Shown here piece after piece: positions 16,965 to 27,296 of a stretch of 64,000 nucleotides of DNA. Positions within the stretch are counted from its first letter, which is position 1. Each line of letters begins with the position of its first letter. The notes beneath the pieces are model-generated. The model was not told where the DNA came from. It saw only the letters and a list, made by a program, of their open reading frames with translations, and searched no databases. Origin of the DNA: a bacterium (GTDB lineage Bacteria; UBA8248); contig OZ241996.1 in assembly GCA_965204535.1 (NCBI GenBank), positions 576,001-640,000 on the forward strand, read 5' to 3'. A program made the translations under genes and the position numbers.

Positions 16965-19766
16965 TCAGGACATCATCGGGTTGGTTTTTTCGGGGTCGAT
17001 ATCCAGGTCTTTCATCGCTTTGTTCACGAGTTCGGGGTATATCTTCTTGTCTCGCGCAAGGCCGTACAAAGTGGCGAGCACGATGTAGCGCGCATCGATT
17101 TCAAAGAAATCTCTCAAGGATTCCCTCGATTCGCTTCGCCCGAACCCCTCGGTTCCCAGCGAAATCATGGGTTTGGGCACCCATTTCGAAATCGAATCGG
17201 GTGTGGCCTTCACATAGTCCGAGGCCGCCACGCAAACGCCGGGTGCGCGCGCGAGGCATTGCGTCACGTATGGAGTTTTCGGTGCGCTGTCCGGATGCAG
17301 CATGTTCCATCGCTCGACTTCCAGGGCGTCTCGCCTGAGTTCCTTGTAGCTCGTGACGCTCCAGACGTCCGCTGCAATCGAATATCGTTTCTCCAGCATT
17401 TCCTGCGCACGGAGCACCTCGTTCATGATGGTGCCGCTGCCCAACAATTGCGCTTTGATACCCGAGTCCGCCTCCGAGCGCTTGAAGAGATACATGCCCT
17501 TCAATATGCCCTCCTGCGCCCCTTCGGGCATCGGAGGCATGGCGTAGTTCTCGTTGTAGGCGGTGAGGTAGTAGAAGATTTTTTCCTGTTCCTGGTACAT
17601 TCTGCGAATCCCGTCCTGAATGATCAGCGCCATCTCGAAGGCGAAAGCCGGGTCGTAAGTGAGAAGGTTGGGAACGGGATAGGCGAGATGGTGGCTGTTG
17701 CCGTCCTGGTGCTGGAGTCCTTCCCCGTTCAGGGTGGTTCTGCCGGCCGTCCCGCCGATCAGGAAACCCCGCGCGCACATGTCCGCTGCCGCCCATATCA
17801 GATCGCCGATGCGCTGGAAGCCGAACATCGAATAGTAGATGTAGAACGGGATGGTGTTCACGCCGTGGGTGGCGTAGGCGGTCCCGGCGGCGATGAACGA
17901 CGCCATCGAGCCCGCCTCGGTGATTCCCTCTTCAAGGATTTGTCCGTCTTGCGCTTCTTTGTAGTACAGGAGGCTGTCGCGGTCGACGGGCTCGTACAAC
18001 TGTCCGGCGTGGGAGTAGATCCCGATTTGCCGGAACAGCGCTTCCATGCCGAACGTCCTGGCCTCATCGGGCACGATGGGAACGATAAGGCTGCCCAATC
18101 CCTCGTCGCGGAGCAGCTTGCTCAGGATTCTGACGAACACCATGGTCGTGGAGACTTCGCGCCCATCCGTGCCTTCCAGGAACTCCTCGAATAACTCATC
18201 AGGCGGCGGTTTGAGCGGCGTGGAAATGCTCCGCCTCGTGGGAACGTATCCGCCGAGTTTTTTCCGCTTTTCTTTCAGGTATTGAATTTCGGGGCTGTCC
18301 TCCGCCGGCCGGTAAAACGGCGCCTCTGTCACTTCCTCATCGGACATGGGAATCTCGAAGCGCGTGCGGAACTCCTTGAGTTCATCCTCATTGAGCTTTT
18401 TCTGCTGGTGGGTGACGTTTCGGCCCTCGCCGCCCTCGCCCAGGCCATACCCCTTCACTGTTTTCGCGAGGATGACCGTGGGGAGACCCCTGCATTCCAT
18501 GGCGGCCTGGTAGGCGGCGAACACTTTTTCGGGGTCATGCCCCCCGCGCCGCATCCTGTTGAGTTTCTCATCGGACACGGTGTCGGCCATCGCCTTCAAC
18601 CGCTCGTCGCCACCGAAGAAATGCTCGCGCAGGTAATTGCCCTCCTTGACCTTCTCGACGCTGTATTTCTGGTATTGGCCGTCGACCGTCTCGTTCATCC
18701 GCTGGAGAAGCGCGCCCTCATCATCCATCGCCACGAGAGGATCCCAGTCGTCTCCCCAGATGACCTTGATGACGTTCCACTTCGCGCCCCGGAAGGCGGC
18801 CTCGAGTTCCTGGATGATTTTCCCGTTGCCCCTGACGGGGCCGTCGAGACGCTGCAGGTTGCAGTTGATGACGAAGATCAGGTTGTCGAGTTTTTCCCGC
18901 GCGGCCAAGGTGATGGCGCCCAGCGATTCGGGTTCGTCCATCTCGCCGTCGCCCAGGAAAGCCCAGACTTTCTGGCCCGTCGCGGGCTTGAGGCCTCGGT
19001 CTTCCAGATAGTGCAGATAGCGCGCCTGGTATATCGCCATCAGGGGAGAGAGTCCCATCGAAACGGTGGGGAACTCCCAGAAATCGGGCATCAGCCAGGG
19101 ATGCGGGTAGGAGGAGAGGCCGCCCCCCTCTTTGAGCTCGCGCCGGAAGTTTTCGAGATTCCTCTCCGTCAGGCGTCCTTCGAGGAACGCTCTGGCGTAG
19201 ATGCCGGGCGCGCTGTGGCCCTGGAAGTAGATGATGTCGCCGCCCGAGGGATGGTTCTTGCCCCGGAAGAAGTGGTTGAATCCGATTTCGAGCAGCGTGG
19301 CGGCCGATGCGTAGGTGGAGATGTGCCCGCCGATGGAGGCGTCCTCCCGGTTGGCGCGCACGACCATGGCCATCGCGTTCCAGCGGACGAGGCTCTTGAT
19401 CCGCCGCTCGATCGTCCGGTCCCCGGGGAAGGGGGGCTGTTTTTCCAGCGGGATGGTGTTGATATACGGCGTATTCGCCGAAAACGGGCGGACGACGCCC
19501 GCGCGCACCGCGTGAACCTGCAAATGGCGAAGGAGGGTCTTCGTACGCTCGGGACCTCTGGTTTGAAGGACGTAGTCGAGCGATTCGAGCCACTCGTCGG
19601 TTTCTACCTCGTCGAGTTCGGTTTCAGCGTCGGGAAGGGGCGCGCCCGCCGAGTCGGGCAGATACCTCGAATCGCCGGAGCCGTCCTGCTGCGCCCCGTT
19701 CGTCGAGATGGACGATCCATCCTCCCTTACCGGTACTTCCCCGATATCCTGAGGATTCGTCTCCAT
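16965..19766 (-). CDS. aceE: Pyruvate dehydrogenase E1, homodimeric type
   Basis: GGHISTYAS, LSSYPHPWLMPDFWEFPTVSMG, ThDP motif GDGEMDE, GEGLQHQDG. Confidence 0.95.
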   Translation of the reverse strand: METNPQDIGEVPVREDGSSISTNGAQQDGSGDSRYLPDSAGAPLPDAETELDEVETDEWLESLDYVLQTRGPERTKTLLRHLQVHAVRAGVVRPFSANTPYINTIPLEKQPPFPGDRTIERRIKSLVRWNAMAMVVRANREDASIGGHISTYASAATLLEIGFNHFFRGKNHPSGGDIIYFQGHSAPGIYARAFLEGRLTERNLENFRRELKEGGGLSSYPHPWLMPDFWEFPTVSMGLSPLMAIYQARYLHYLEDRGLKPATGQKVWAFLGDGEMDEPESLGAITLAAREKLDNLIFVINCNLQRLDGPVRGNGKIIQELEAAFRGAKWNVIKVIWGDDWDPLVAMDDEGALLQRMNETVDGQYQKYSVEKVKEGNYLREHFFGGDERLKAMADTVSDEKLNRMRRGGHDPEKVFAAYQAAMECRGLPTVILAKTVKGYGLGEGGEGRNVTHQQKKLNEDELKEFRTRFEIPMSDEEVTEAPFYRPAEDSPEIQYLKEKRKKLGGYVPTRRSISTPLKPPPDELFEEFLEGTDGREVSTTMVFVRILSKLLRDEGLGSLIVPIVPDEARTFGMEALFRQIGIYSHAGQLYEPVDRDSLLYYKEAQDGQILEEGITEAGSMASFIAAGTAYATHGVNTIPFYIYYSMFGFQRIGDLIWAAADMCARGFLIGGTAGRTTLNGEGLQHQDGNSHHLAYPVPNLLTYDPAFAFEMALIIQDGIRRMYQEQEKIFYYLTAYNENYAMPPMPEGAQEGILKGMYLFKRSEADSGIKAQLLGSGTIMNEVLRAQEMLEKRYSIAADVWSVTSYKELRRDALEVERWNMLHPDSAPKTPYVTQCLARAPGVCVAASDYVKATPDSISKWVPKPMISLGTEGFGRSESRESLRDFFEIDARYIVLATLYGLARDKKIYPELVNKAMKDLDIDPEKTNPMMS

Positions 19767-20051
19767 GGATAGCGCATCTCCTCACTCAAGGCAGCATCGA
19801 TATGGCCTGAATATATCACGTCCGGCCCGTGAACGGAAACGCCCCGATTCATGGGGCGGGGCACTCCGGGGGGCGTGCGGCGGTAAGGCCCATCGGCGGG
19901 CCGGCGCGCAAATGCGGGGGAATCAGGAAACTTTTTTTGTCGCTTTATTTGAGTGTCCGGCGCTCAGATTTACATGGTAACTCTTTTTATTACAACCGAT
20001 TAAACGGGAAACAATTTTCAGAAACTTATCGAAGAACCAAGCGCCGGCTTT

Positions 20052-21497
20052 TCATGTGGAACGGGTCGACAGCAACTCCGCAACTTCTTCGGCTGCATCG
20101 ACGCCGCTTGCCAGGGCGCCGTTCACACAGGGAACCCGCATGTAGTCGCCCGCCAGGAAGAGATTCTTGACGTCGCGTTTGATTTGAAGGCGCATATCCG
20201 CTATCGCCTTGAACATGCCGGGAGGCCCCATGCACACAGCCTCCGGCCAACGGTACACGCGGGTGAACAGCCCCTCGTCGTCACCGGGGAGTCTGGAGCC
20301 TGGAGGGGGGTTCCGGCGCGCATCTGCAAGCATTCGGCGCTTGATTTCTTCGTCGTCAAGAGGGAACAACTCCTCGGCGCGCTCGCGGCCGACGAGCAAA
20401 TCAAGCGTGCTCTTTCCCGGCGGTACGCAGGCCGGCAGGTTGATGGATCGATCCAGAAGCAGCGGCGTCTCGTCCTCGGGATACAACGCTCCGTGCCAGC
20501 CGGGAGGAAGCGGGCGATGGTCGAGGCCGATCACCACTCTGCATCCGCGCGAATACGTTACCTTGCCCAGTGCGCTGCGAATTCCGCTCGGCAGATCCGG
20601 AATGAGTTCAGACACCTTCGTGGCTTGCACGGCGCAGATGACGGCGTCGGCCTCGATGGGTCCGTCGTCCACGATCACGTTTTTCACAGCCCCGTCGTGG
20701 ATGACCACGCTTCTTGCGGGCGTGGAGACGCGGATGTCGGCCCCGCAGGCGCCTGCCAGGGCATGGGTCAACTCCCCGGCTCCTTTTTCCGGCACGTATA
20801 TCTGGTCGGACTTCAGGAGCATTTCCGACAAATATGTCTGCATGTATGCAGCGCCGGAGTATTCCACGTGGCCCATCGTCATCTCCAGGAACCCTCGGAT
20901 CGTCATCTTCAGGGACTCGGTTGCGCCGCGTCTGTTTAGATAGTCACCGAAGTTCTCCATCCCTTCGATTTCGACGATCCGAGAGTCGCCGGCAAAATTC
21001 AGATACTCCGATTGAGCCTTTATGTCTCTGGCCAGCTTCACGAACCCGGGGGACAGCAATCCCAGCTTCCAGAATGTAGGCAGGTTCTGGACGGCTGTGC
21101 GGATGGACTTGATCGGCGTCGTCATAATCCACTGACCGTTTCTGTACCAGCCGAGGTTCATATCCGAGCGAATCAGGGGCAATTCCAATTCTTCGCACAA
21201 GCGAAAGGCGGCGTCGTAGGAGGAACAGAAGAAGTCTGCTCCCTGATCGAGAGAAAAACCGTCCACCCTGTCGCCGCCCAGGCGCCCGCCTACCTGATCG
21301 CCTGCTTCGAACAAGATGGCCTTGATGCCACGTTTTTTGAGGGTATAGGCGGCACTCAATCCGGCTGCTCCCCCTCCGATTATAATGACTTTCTTGGTGT
21401 TCATGATTTTCGTATTCTCCTGGTCAAGTCTGTTCCAAATGGCGAGCCGGGTCGTGAAATTGCGGAGATTATTTCCTGCGGGCGCGGCATCAGACAT
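20052..21497 (-). CDS. Flavin-dependent amine oxidase / protoporphyrinogen oxidase-like oxidoreductase
   Basis: KKVIIIGGGAAGLSAA, EAGDQVGGR, LFLAGDY...NGALASG; alternative start at ATG 21404. Confidence 0.8.
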   Translation of the reverse strand: MSDAAPAGNNLRNFTTRLAIWNRLDQENTKIMNTKKVIIIGGGAAGLSAAYTLKKRGIKAILFEAGDQVGGRLGGDRVDGFSLDQGADFFCSSYDAAFRLCEELELPLIRSDMNLGWYRNGQWIMTTPIKSIRTAVQNLPTFWKLGLLSPGFVKLARDIKAQSEYLNFAGDSRIVEIEGMENFGDYLNRRGATESLKMTIRGFLEMTMGHVEYSGAAYMQTYLSEMLLKSDQIYVPEKGAGELTHALAGACGADIRVSTPARSVVIHDGAVKNVIVDDGPIEADAVICAVQATKVSELIPDLPSGIRSALGKVTYSRGCRVVIGLDHRPLPPGWHGALYPEDETPLLLDRSINLPACVPPGKSTLDLLVGRERAEELFPLDDEEIKRRMLADARRNPPPGSRLPGDDEGLFTRVYRWPEAVCMGPPGMFKAIADMRLQIKRDVKNLFLAGDYMRVPCVNGALASGVDAAEEVAELLSTRST

Positions 21498-23775
21498 TTC
21501 TCCTGTCGAAATTGATCAGCAGAATCGGAAGAAGCAGGAAATCGGTCAGGAGCGCAAAAATGATAGTGATCGTGACCAACAGGCCGAGCACCTGATTGGG
21601 TTCGAACCCGGAGGCGGCGAAAACCAAAAACCCCGCAGAGAGGGCCACGGTCGTCGTCCACAGCGCGTGGCCCACGGTGCGGAAGGCGTAGCGCACAGCC
21701 TCAGTCGCAGAGAGGCCTTCTTCGCGCCGCGCCTTCAGATATTTGCTCAAAAAGTGAATCGTATCGTCCACGATGATTCCGAAGGTGACGGCGAGAACCA
21801 CCGAGGAAGCAAGGCCTATCCGTCCGACCAGATGGCCCCACAGGCCAAAAGTCATGAGCGCGGGAATAAAGTTGGGCAAAAGACTGAAAAGACCGAAGCG
21901 AACGCTTCTGAAAATCACGATCAAAATGAGCGATATCAGGGCCATGGCGATGATCGTGCCGCTCATCATGCTCTTGATATTTCGTTGTGAGACATGAGCC
22001 ATGATGATGCTCAGTCCGGATGCTTCCTGCGCGAAACCGGGCGCATTGGCGCGGAGCCAGGCCTGGGCGCGATTGCCGAGCTCACGCAGGTCCCGCGACG
22101 TCGCGTCCTGGACCGTGACGGTCATGCGCGTTGCGGATTTCGCGACGTCGATGCGGTTGTTGAGGTCCATGCCGAAGGGGAGCGAAAACTCGTAGAGCAG
22201 CAGATATTGTGCTGCGAGCCTAGGGTCGTCGGGGATCCTGTAGAACGCCGGGTCGTCGCCGTGCATGTTCTTGTTCAGGCGCTTCATGACGTCCGGAAAC
22301 GCCTGAACGTGGCTCACCTTGGGCTGCTTGCGGTACCATTCGGCGAAGGCCCCGACGTTTTTCAGGTACGCGGGGTCGGTGATGCCGCCCTCGCGTCCTG
22401 CCTTGAGCGAGTATTCCAGCGAATCCAGGCCGGTCAGGTTCCTGGAGATGTAATCCGCATCGCGCCGGACCCGGTAGCGTTCGTCGAAAAACTTCGCGAG
22501 GTTATCGCCCAACTCGATGCGGAGAATGCCGATGAACAAGACGACTACCCCAAGAGCGAAGATTGATAACAAAGTCCTGCGCCGAGCGATGACGAAGTCG
22601 GCGAAACGCTCGAAAAAGGTGGTCCCTTGAGAGCGGACGCGAGGTGCTCGCAGCGGCAGAACCGAGAGCAGCGCCGGAAGCAGCGTCATGGAATAGACGT
22701 AGGCCCACACAACGCCGAGCGCCACGTAATTCCCCAGGACGTGAAAGGGCGGCGAATCCGAGGTGTTCAGGCTCAAAAACCCGATCGCGGTCGTGAGAGA
22801 GGTCAGAAACACAGGCCATGCGTTGTGTCGAAGCGACTCCGCGATCGCCGAATATTTCTCGAGGCCGCGCCTCATCTCAATGAGTGTGCTCGTGACGATG
22901 TGGACTGCATCTGCGATGGCTATCACCATGATGATAACCGGTACACCGGCGTTCGTGGGGCTGAACACCGCGCCGAGCCAGCCTGCTATTCCCATGGTGG
23001 TAATGATCGGGAACAGGAGAAAGATAATGATTGCCAAGGTCCCGAAAAACGATCGCAGGAGAATAATCGTGAGAGCCGAAATGACGAGAAACACGATTGG
23101 CAACAGCACCTTGTTTTCGGCCTGCGGGGCATCCTGGAAAGCCCGGTTAATGACGACAGTGCCGGTCATGTAATAGTTCATGTCCGGGTGGCTCGCGCGG
23201 GCCTTCTTCAAAACGGCGTTCAGGTAGTCGGTTATCGCGACTACACCTGCGTCCTGGTTTTTCGGCAGAACGAAGGTAATCGCCACTCCGCCCACGCGAC
23301 CGTTACGGGAGACGAGGCGATCGACGATTTCCCTCTCGTTCAGCGCGATTTTCCGGATTCGCGCAAGGTCGGCGTCGGTGAGCGCGCCCGCGTCGTCGAC
23401 GAGCGGCTCGACGATCAGATCATCCCCCTCCGCCCGGCTGTGGTTGTAGTTCGTTAAGGAGTCGACCCGGCTCGAATGCGGCGTTTTCCACGCGGCTTCG
23501 GTCAACTCCTCGAGCGCGACGAGCGCCTCTTTGGTGAACACCGTTCCCCTGCGGGGTTCAACGGCGATCAGCGCGTTGTCGGATGAGGAGAAGGTGTGTT
23601 CCAGCGCATCGAAAGCAAGGAGGTAAGGGTTGTCCTTTTTGAACAGAATGCGGTAATCGCTCGCAACGGTGATGAATCGCCCGCCCGCTCCCGCGATGAT
23701 CATCAGCAAAACGGCCAGCGCTATGATCAGCCACCGGTGGCGCAAAACGGCGTCGATGTATCGGTCCAGTTGCAC
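21490..23775 (-). CDS. MMPL/RND family transporter
   Basis: Two MMPL repeats (AIADAVH, LTSLTTAIGF, GIIVDDTIHF); likely GTG start near 23775. Confidence 0.85.
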   Translation of the reverse strand: MQLDRYIDAVLRHRWLIIALAVLLMIIAGAGGRFITVASDYRILFKKDNPYLLAFDALEHTFSSSDNALIAVEPRRGTVFTKEALVALEELTEAAWKTPHSSRVDSLTNYNHSRAEGDDLIVEPLVDDAGALTDADLARIRKIALNEREIVDRLVSRNGRVGGVAITFVLPKNQDAGVVAITDYLNAVLKKARASHPDMNYYMTGTVVINRAFQDAPQAENKVLLPIVFLVISALTIILLRSFFGTLAIIIFLLFPIITTMGIAGWLGAVFSPTNAGVPVIIMVIAIADAVHIVTSTLIEMRRGLEKYSAIAESLRHNAWPVFLTSLTTAIGFLSLNTSDSPPFHVLGNYVALGVVWAYVYSMTLLPALLSVLPLRAPRVRSQGTTFFERFADFVIARRRTLLSIFALGVVVLFIGILRIELGDNLAKFFDERYRVRRDADYISRNLTGLDSLEYSLKAGREGGITDPAYLKNVGAFAEWYRKQPKVSHVQAFPDVMKRLNKNMHGDDPAFYRIPDDPRLAAQYLLLYEFSLPFGMDLNNRIDVAKSATRMTVTVQDATSRDLRELGNRAQAWLRANAPGFAQEASGLSIIMAHVSQRNIKSMMSGTIIAMALISLILIVIFRSVRFGLFSLLPNFIPALMTFGLWGHLVGRIGLASSVVLAVTFGIIVDDTIHFLSKYLKARREEGLSATEAVRYAFRTVGHALWTTTVALSAGFLVFAASGFEPNQVLGLLVTITIIFALLTDFLLLPILLINFDRRNV

Positions 23776-24409
23776 GAGTATTATCGCATCCTCATCGCGG
23801 GCAGGCCGTGAATCATGCCGCCCGTCATGATTCGTTCCTGTTTGTCGCCTTTGTCGCCGCCCCCGCCGCAAGAAATTGTATTGTTCTCCATTCAAAGGAG
23901 TCGCGGCGGGGACGACTCGCCGTCCGGATGTGGTCACCGGATTCAGCTTCCATTTTACAAAAAATTTCTATCTTTTTCTATCTGAATTATCTATTCGCAT
24001 ATTATTGTCGTGTACATTTGCGTTTTTTGCCGTATTTCCCGCTCACGGGAGGCGCTGACGATGAACGGATGCGACGAGGCGTGAGGGCCGCGGGAGTTCG
24101 TCTCCCCGGGGCTGAGCGCAGAAGAAGTGCATCGCCTGACGAGTTGCCGGCCCGACGGGCTGAGGCTGTTCGAATATCTGCGCGATCAGGAGGCGGCGCT
24201 GAGGCTTGAGGATTTTCCCGGTCACATCCGCTCGCCGGGACTCTCCGGGGAGTTGGGCCATTGCCGGAACTTCCAGGACACGCCGATACGCCACCGGGGC
24301 GCGCGTGAGTTTGAATCGATCCGCTTTCGGCTTGATTATGGACTCTGCGGGGCCGGTTCGGAATCGCCTCGAAAACCAACCCCCCTGCGCTTCGTTTCGT
24401 AGGGGTTTT

Positions 24410-24435
24410 GTAGGGACAACCCTCCGCGGTTGTCC
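24410..24435. repeat. GTAG-type REP-like palindrome
   Basis: GTAGGGACAACC...GGTTGTCC; a related hairpin lies at ~38613-38640. Confidence 0.55.
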
Positions 24436-24599
24436 TGCCCCCGTTGTCCGGGGTCGCGGCCTGTCCCTCCCCTCGCGCAAACGCCCGTCGTCGAAAAAAT
24501 TCAGGCGCAAGGGAAGCGAAGTCGTGCTACCATCGTCCCGGCGCGGGCGAACGCGCCCGCCTTCTGCGATCGTATCCTCATCAGGCATGGAGCGTAAAA

Positions 24600-25067
24600 A
24601 TGAGCATCGAAAAGAGGCTGGAAGAGCTCGGGGTCGAGCTTCCCGAAGTCCCGCCCGCCGTGGCGAACTACATCCCCGGCGTGGCGGTGGGCGAGGTGCT
24701 TTTCCTCGCGGGCACCATCGGCCAGTACAACGGAGACATCCCCATCCGGGGGAAGCTCGGCGGCGGGGTCAGCGTCGAGGAGGGCTACCAGTCGGCGCGC
24801 CTGTGCGGCTTGAACCACTTCGCCATGGCGAAAGAGTGCCTCGGCGGCGACCTGGACCGCATCGTCCGGGCCGTGCGCCTCGAAGGCTATGTGAACAGTG
24901 CGCCCGGCTTTCAGGAGGCGCCCTGGGTCGTGAACGGGGAGAGCGACCTTCTCGTCGAAGTGCTCGGTGAGGATCGTGGAAAGCACGCGCGCGCGGCCCT
25001 GAACATCAACGAACTCACCTACGACGCGCCGGTCGAGACCATCCTCACCCTGCAGATTCGTCCCTGA
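24600..25067 (+). CDS. RidA/YjgF/UK114 family protein
   Basis: MSIEKRLEELGVELP, ANYIP, VNGESDLL, GKHARAAL. Confidence 0.85.
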   Translation: MSIEKRLEELGVELPEVPPAVANYIPGVAVGEVLFLAGTIGQYNGDIPIRGKLGGGVSVEEGYQSARLCGLNHFAMAKECLGGDLDRIVRAVRLEGYVNSAPGFQEAPWVVNGESDLLVEVLGEDRGKHARAALNINELTYDAPVETILTLQIRP

Positions 25068-25105
25068 GCGTCCATCACTTTGAAGTGGACGAACGCGTTG
25101 GTTCC

Positions 25106-25129
25106 GTAGGGGCGGCTCGCGAGCCGCCC
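25106..25129. repeat. GTAG-type REP-like palindrome
   Basis: GTAGGGGCGGCTCGCGAGCCGCCC; same family as the copies at 27735 and 44070. Confidence 0.65.
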
Positions 25130-25278
25130 GATGGAATTGATAAGGAACGCGACCTTTTTGCTTTCTTTCCTTAAGAAGATTACCTCTTGCGTATCTCCTT
25201 TTGATGGGCGAAAACATACCTGCGCGTTTTGATCGTGGTATGATGCGCGTCGTTAAGGACGAACGAGGAAAAGCGAAC

Positions 25279-26379
25279 ATGGAAAAGTTGAAAACTATCA
25301 GGATCAAGGGTTTCCGGTCCATCAAGGAGATGACGCTGGAACTCCGGCCGCTCAATGTTCTGATCGGCGCCAATGGCGCAGGCAAGAGCAATCTCATCGC
25401 CTTTTTCAAATTAGTGAATGAACTCATGGGCGGGCGGCTTCAGCAATATATCGGGGCGACGGGGCGGGCTTCGGCCAATTTGCACTTTGGTCCTGCAAAA
25501 ACTCCCCAACTGGAAGCGGAAATGGTATTCGAGGGGGAAAGGGGAATAAACGCTTATCTCATGCGTCTTTTCCACGCTGCCGGTGATTCGCTGATTTTTG
25601 CCGAAGAGAAACTTTCTTTCCAGCAAACAGGTTATTCCAGCCTAAGGAGTATATCCTTGGGCGGTGGTCATGAGGAAACAAAGATTGGAGATGAGGCGGA
25701 AAAAGGTGGACCTGCTGCGAAGGCACAAAGGCATTTGCTGAATCGCTGCCGCGTCTATCACTTCCACGATACATCGCCAACTTCGAGAGTCAGGCAGTAT
25801 TGTTACGTTGGCGACAAACGCTGGCTCATGCCCGATGCAGCGAATCTGGCGGCGATATTGAATGAGCTGAAATGTTCAAAAGAAAAGGTGTATCACCGAA
25901 TTGTGGCGACGATTCGGCAGGTGGCGCCGTTCTTCGAGGACTTCAATCTGGAGCCGACTGATTCCAGGGATATCATCCTCAACTGGCGGCATCGTGCGTC
26001 CGATCTCGTTTTCGGCCCCCATCAACTCTCGGATGGCACGCTGCGGGCCATCTGCCTGATTTCTCTCCTGTTGCAGCCCAAGGAAAATCTCCCCTACCTG
26101 ATCGTGGTGGATGAGCCGGAACTGGGGTTACACCCCTATGCTCTGAATGTGGTTGCCTCCCTGTTTCAGGCGGTTAGTCAGCATGCACAAGTACTCGTAA
26201 GCACGCAGTCCAGCGCGTTTCTCGACAGCTTCGAACCGGAGGATATCGTCGTCGTCGAACGAAAGGGTGAGGCCACGGAATTTGGGAGACCGGCCGCCGA
26301 AAATCTCGAAGAATGGTTGGAGGATTACTCGCTCGGGGAAGTCTGGGAGAAGAACGTCCTCGGCGCGGGCCCGCACTGA
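25279..26379 (+). CDS. AAA_21/SMC-like ABC ATPase
   Basis: IKGFRSI, Walker A GANGAGKSN, LSDGTLR, Walker B/D-loop VVDEPELGLHP, STQS; visibly more AT-rich than the flanking genes. Confidence 0.85.
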   Translation: MEKLKTIRIKGFRSIKEMTLELRPLNVLIGANGAGKSNLIAFFKLVNELMGGRLQQYIGATGRASANLHFGPAKTPQLEAEMVFEGERGINAYLMRLFHAAGDSLIFAEEKLSFQQTGYSSLRSISLGGGHEETKIGDEAEKGGPAAKAQRHLLNRCRVYHFHDTSPTSRVRQYCYVGDKRWLMPDAANLAAILNELKCSKEKVYHRIVATIRQVAPFFEDFNLEPTDSRDIILNWRHRASDLVFGPHQLSDGTLRAICLISLLLQPKENLPYLIVVDEPELGLHPYALNVVASLFQAVSQHAQVLVSTQSSAFLDSFEPEDIVVVERKGEATEFGRPAAENLEEWLEDYSLGEVWEKNVLGAGPH

Positions 26380-27056
26380 TGGTTCGGCTCCACCTCTTCG
26401 CCGAAGGTCAAACGGAACAAACATTCGCAGATACGGTACTGAAGCCGCATCTGGCGAATTTCGAAGTTTTTATGAATAAACCGGTCTTGATCGCGCACGC
26501 CAGAAAGAAAGGCAGAATTCACCGAGGGGGCGGTAGAAACTTCGCGGCGATGCAGAAAGACATCAATATCCGACTCAAGGAGGATTCGGGAAGCGGCGTA
26601 TTTTTCACTACAATGATCGACTTTTACGCCCTGCCTCCTGATTTTCCCGGCATCGAAGAAGCTCAAAAATTAGACCGCCTCCCATATAAGCGTGTGGAAT
26701 TTCTCGAAAGGTCATGGTTCGACGAGACCGGTGACAGGCGCTTCATCCCTTTCATACAGTTGCATGAATTCGAGGCTTATTTGTTTTCTGATATGTCCCG
26801 GTTCGACTTTTTCTTCGATAATGCGGATTCGAGAATCTCCGCATTGCAAAAAATAGCCGATGAAGTCCGGTCCCCGGAGCTGATCAACGACGGCCAACAT
26901 ACGCATCCATCGAAGCGGATCAGCGACCAATTTCCTGAATTCGTGAAACCGACCGATGGGCCACAGATCGCCGAGCGGATCGGCTTGGGGAACATCCGTT
27001 CCAAATGTTCTCACTTCAATGGGTGGGTTGAGCGGCTGGAGAAACTCGGAACCTAG
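26379..27056 (+). CDS. DUF4276-like (TOPRIM-like) protein
   Basis: RLHLFAEGQTEQTF, TTMIDFYALP, HEFEAYLF, SPELIN...HPSKRI, CSHFNGW; TGATG overlap with the ATPase gene. Confidence 0.75.
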   Translation: MVRLHLFAEGQTEQTFADTVLKPHLANFEVFMNKPVLIAHARKKGRIHRGGGRNFAAMQKDINIRLKEDSGSGVFFTTMIDFYALPPDFPGIEEAQKLDRLPYKRVEFLERSWFDETGDRRFIPFIQLHEFEAYLFSDMSRFDFFFDNADSRISALQKIADEVRSPELINDGQHTHPSKRISDQFPEFVKPTDGPQIAERIGLGNIRSKCSHFNGWVERLEKLGT

Positions 27057-27077
27057 GCGCCGAGAGGCAAAGAAAAT

Positions 27078-27111
27078 AGCCGGAGCGGCTCGCGATCCGC
27101 TCCGGCTTTTT
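27078..27111 (+). terminator. Rho-independent terminator after the ATPase/DUF4276-like pair
   Basis: AGCCGGAGCGG...CCGCTCCGGCT stem followed by TTTT. Confidence 0.6.
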
Positions 27112-27231
27112 CAAATGGCCTACTTCCAATCAAGTAATTGCCATTCCGGCATTCGCCGAAATGACGAACAAAGGCGAAAATTATTTCAATAGGGTTCAAT
27201 CGCGATCGATGCGTGGAGAATTTTACCTTGT

Positions 27232-27259
27232 GTAGGGACAGGTCGCGACCTGTCTCTAC
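27232..27259. repeat. GTAG-type REP-like palindrome
   Basis: GTAGGGACAGGTCGCGACCTGTCTCTAC; near-identical copies at 34523 and 38753. Confidence 0.75.
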
Positions 27260-27296
27260 GAGTTCCCGAGTGTGGCGTTGCTGAAGGGAGTCAAAA

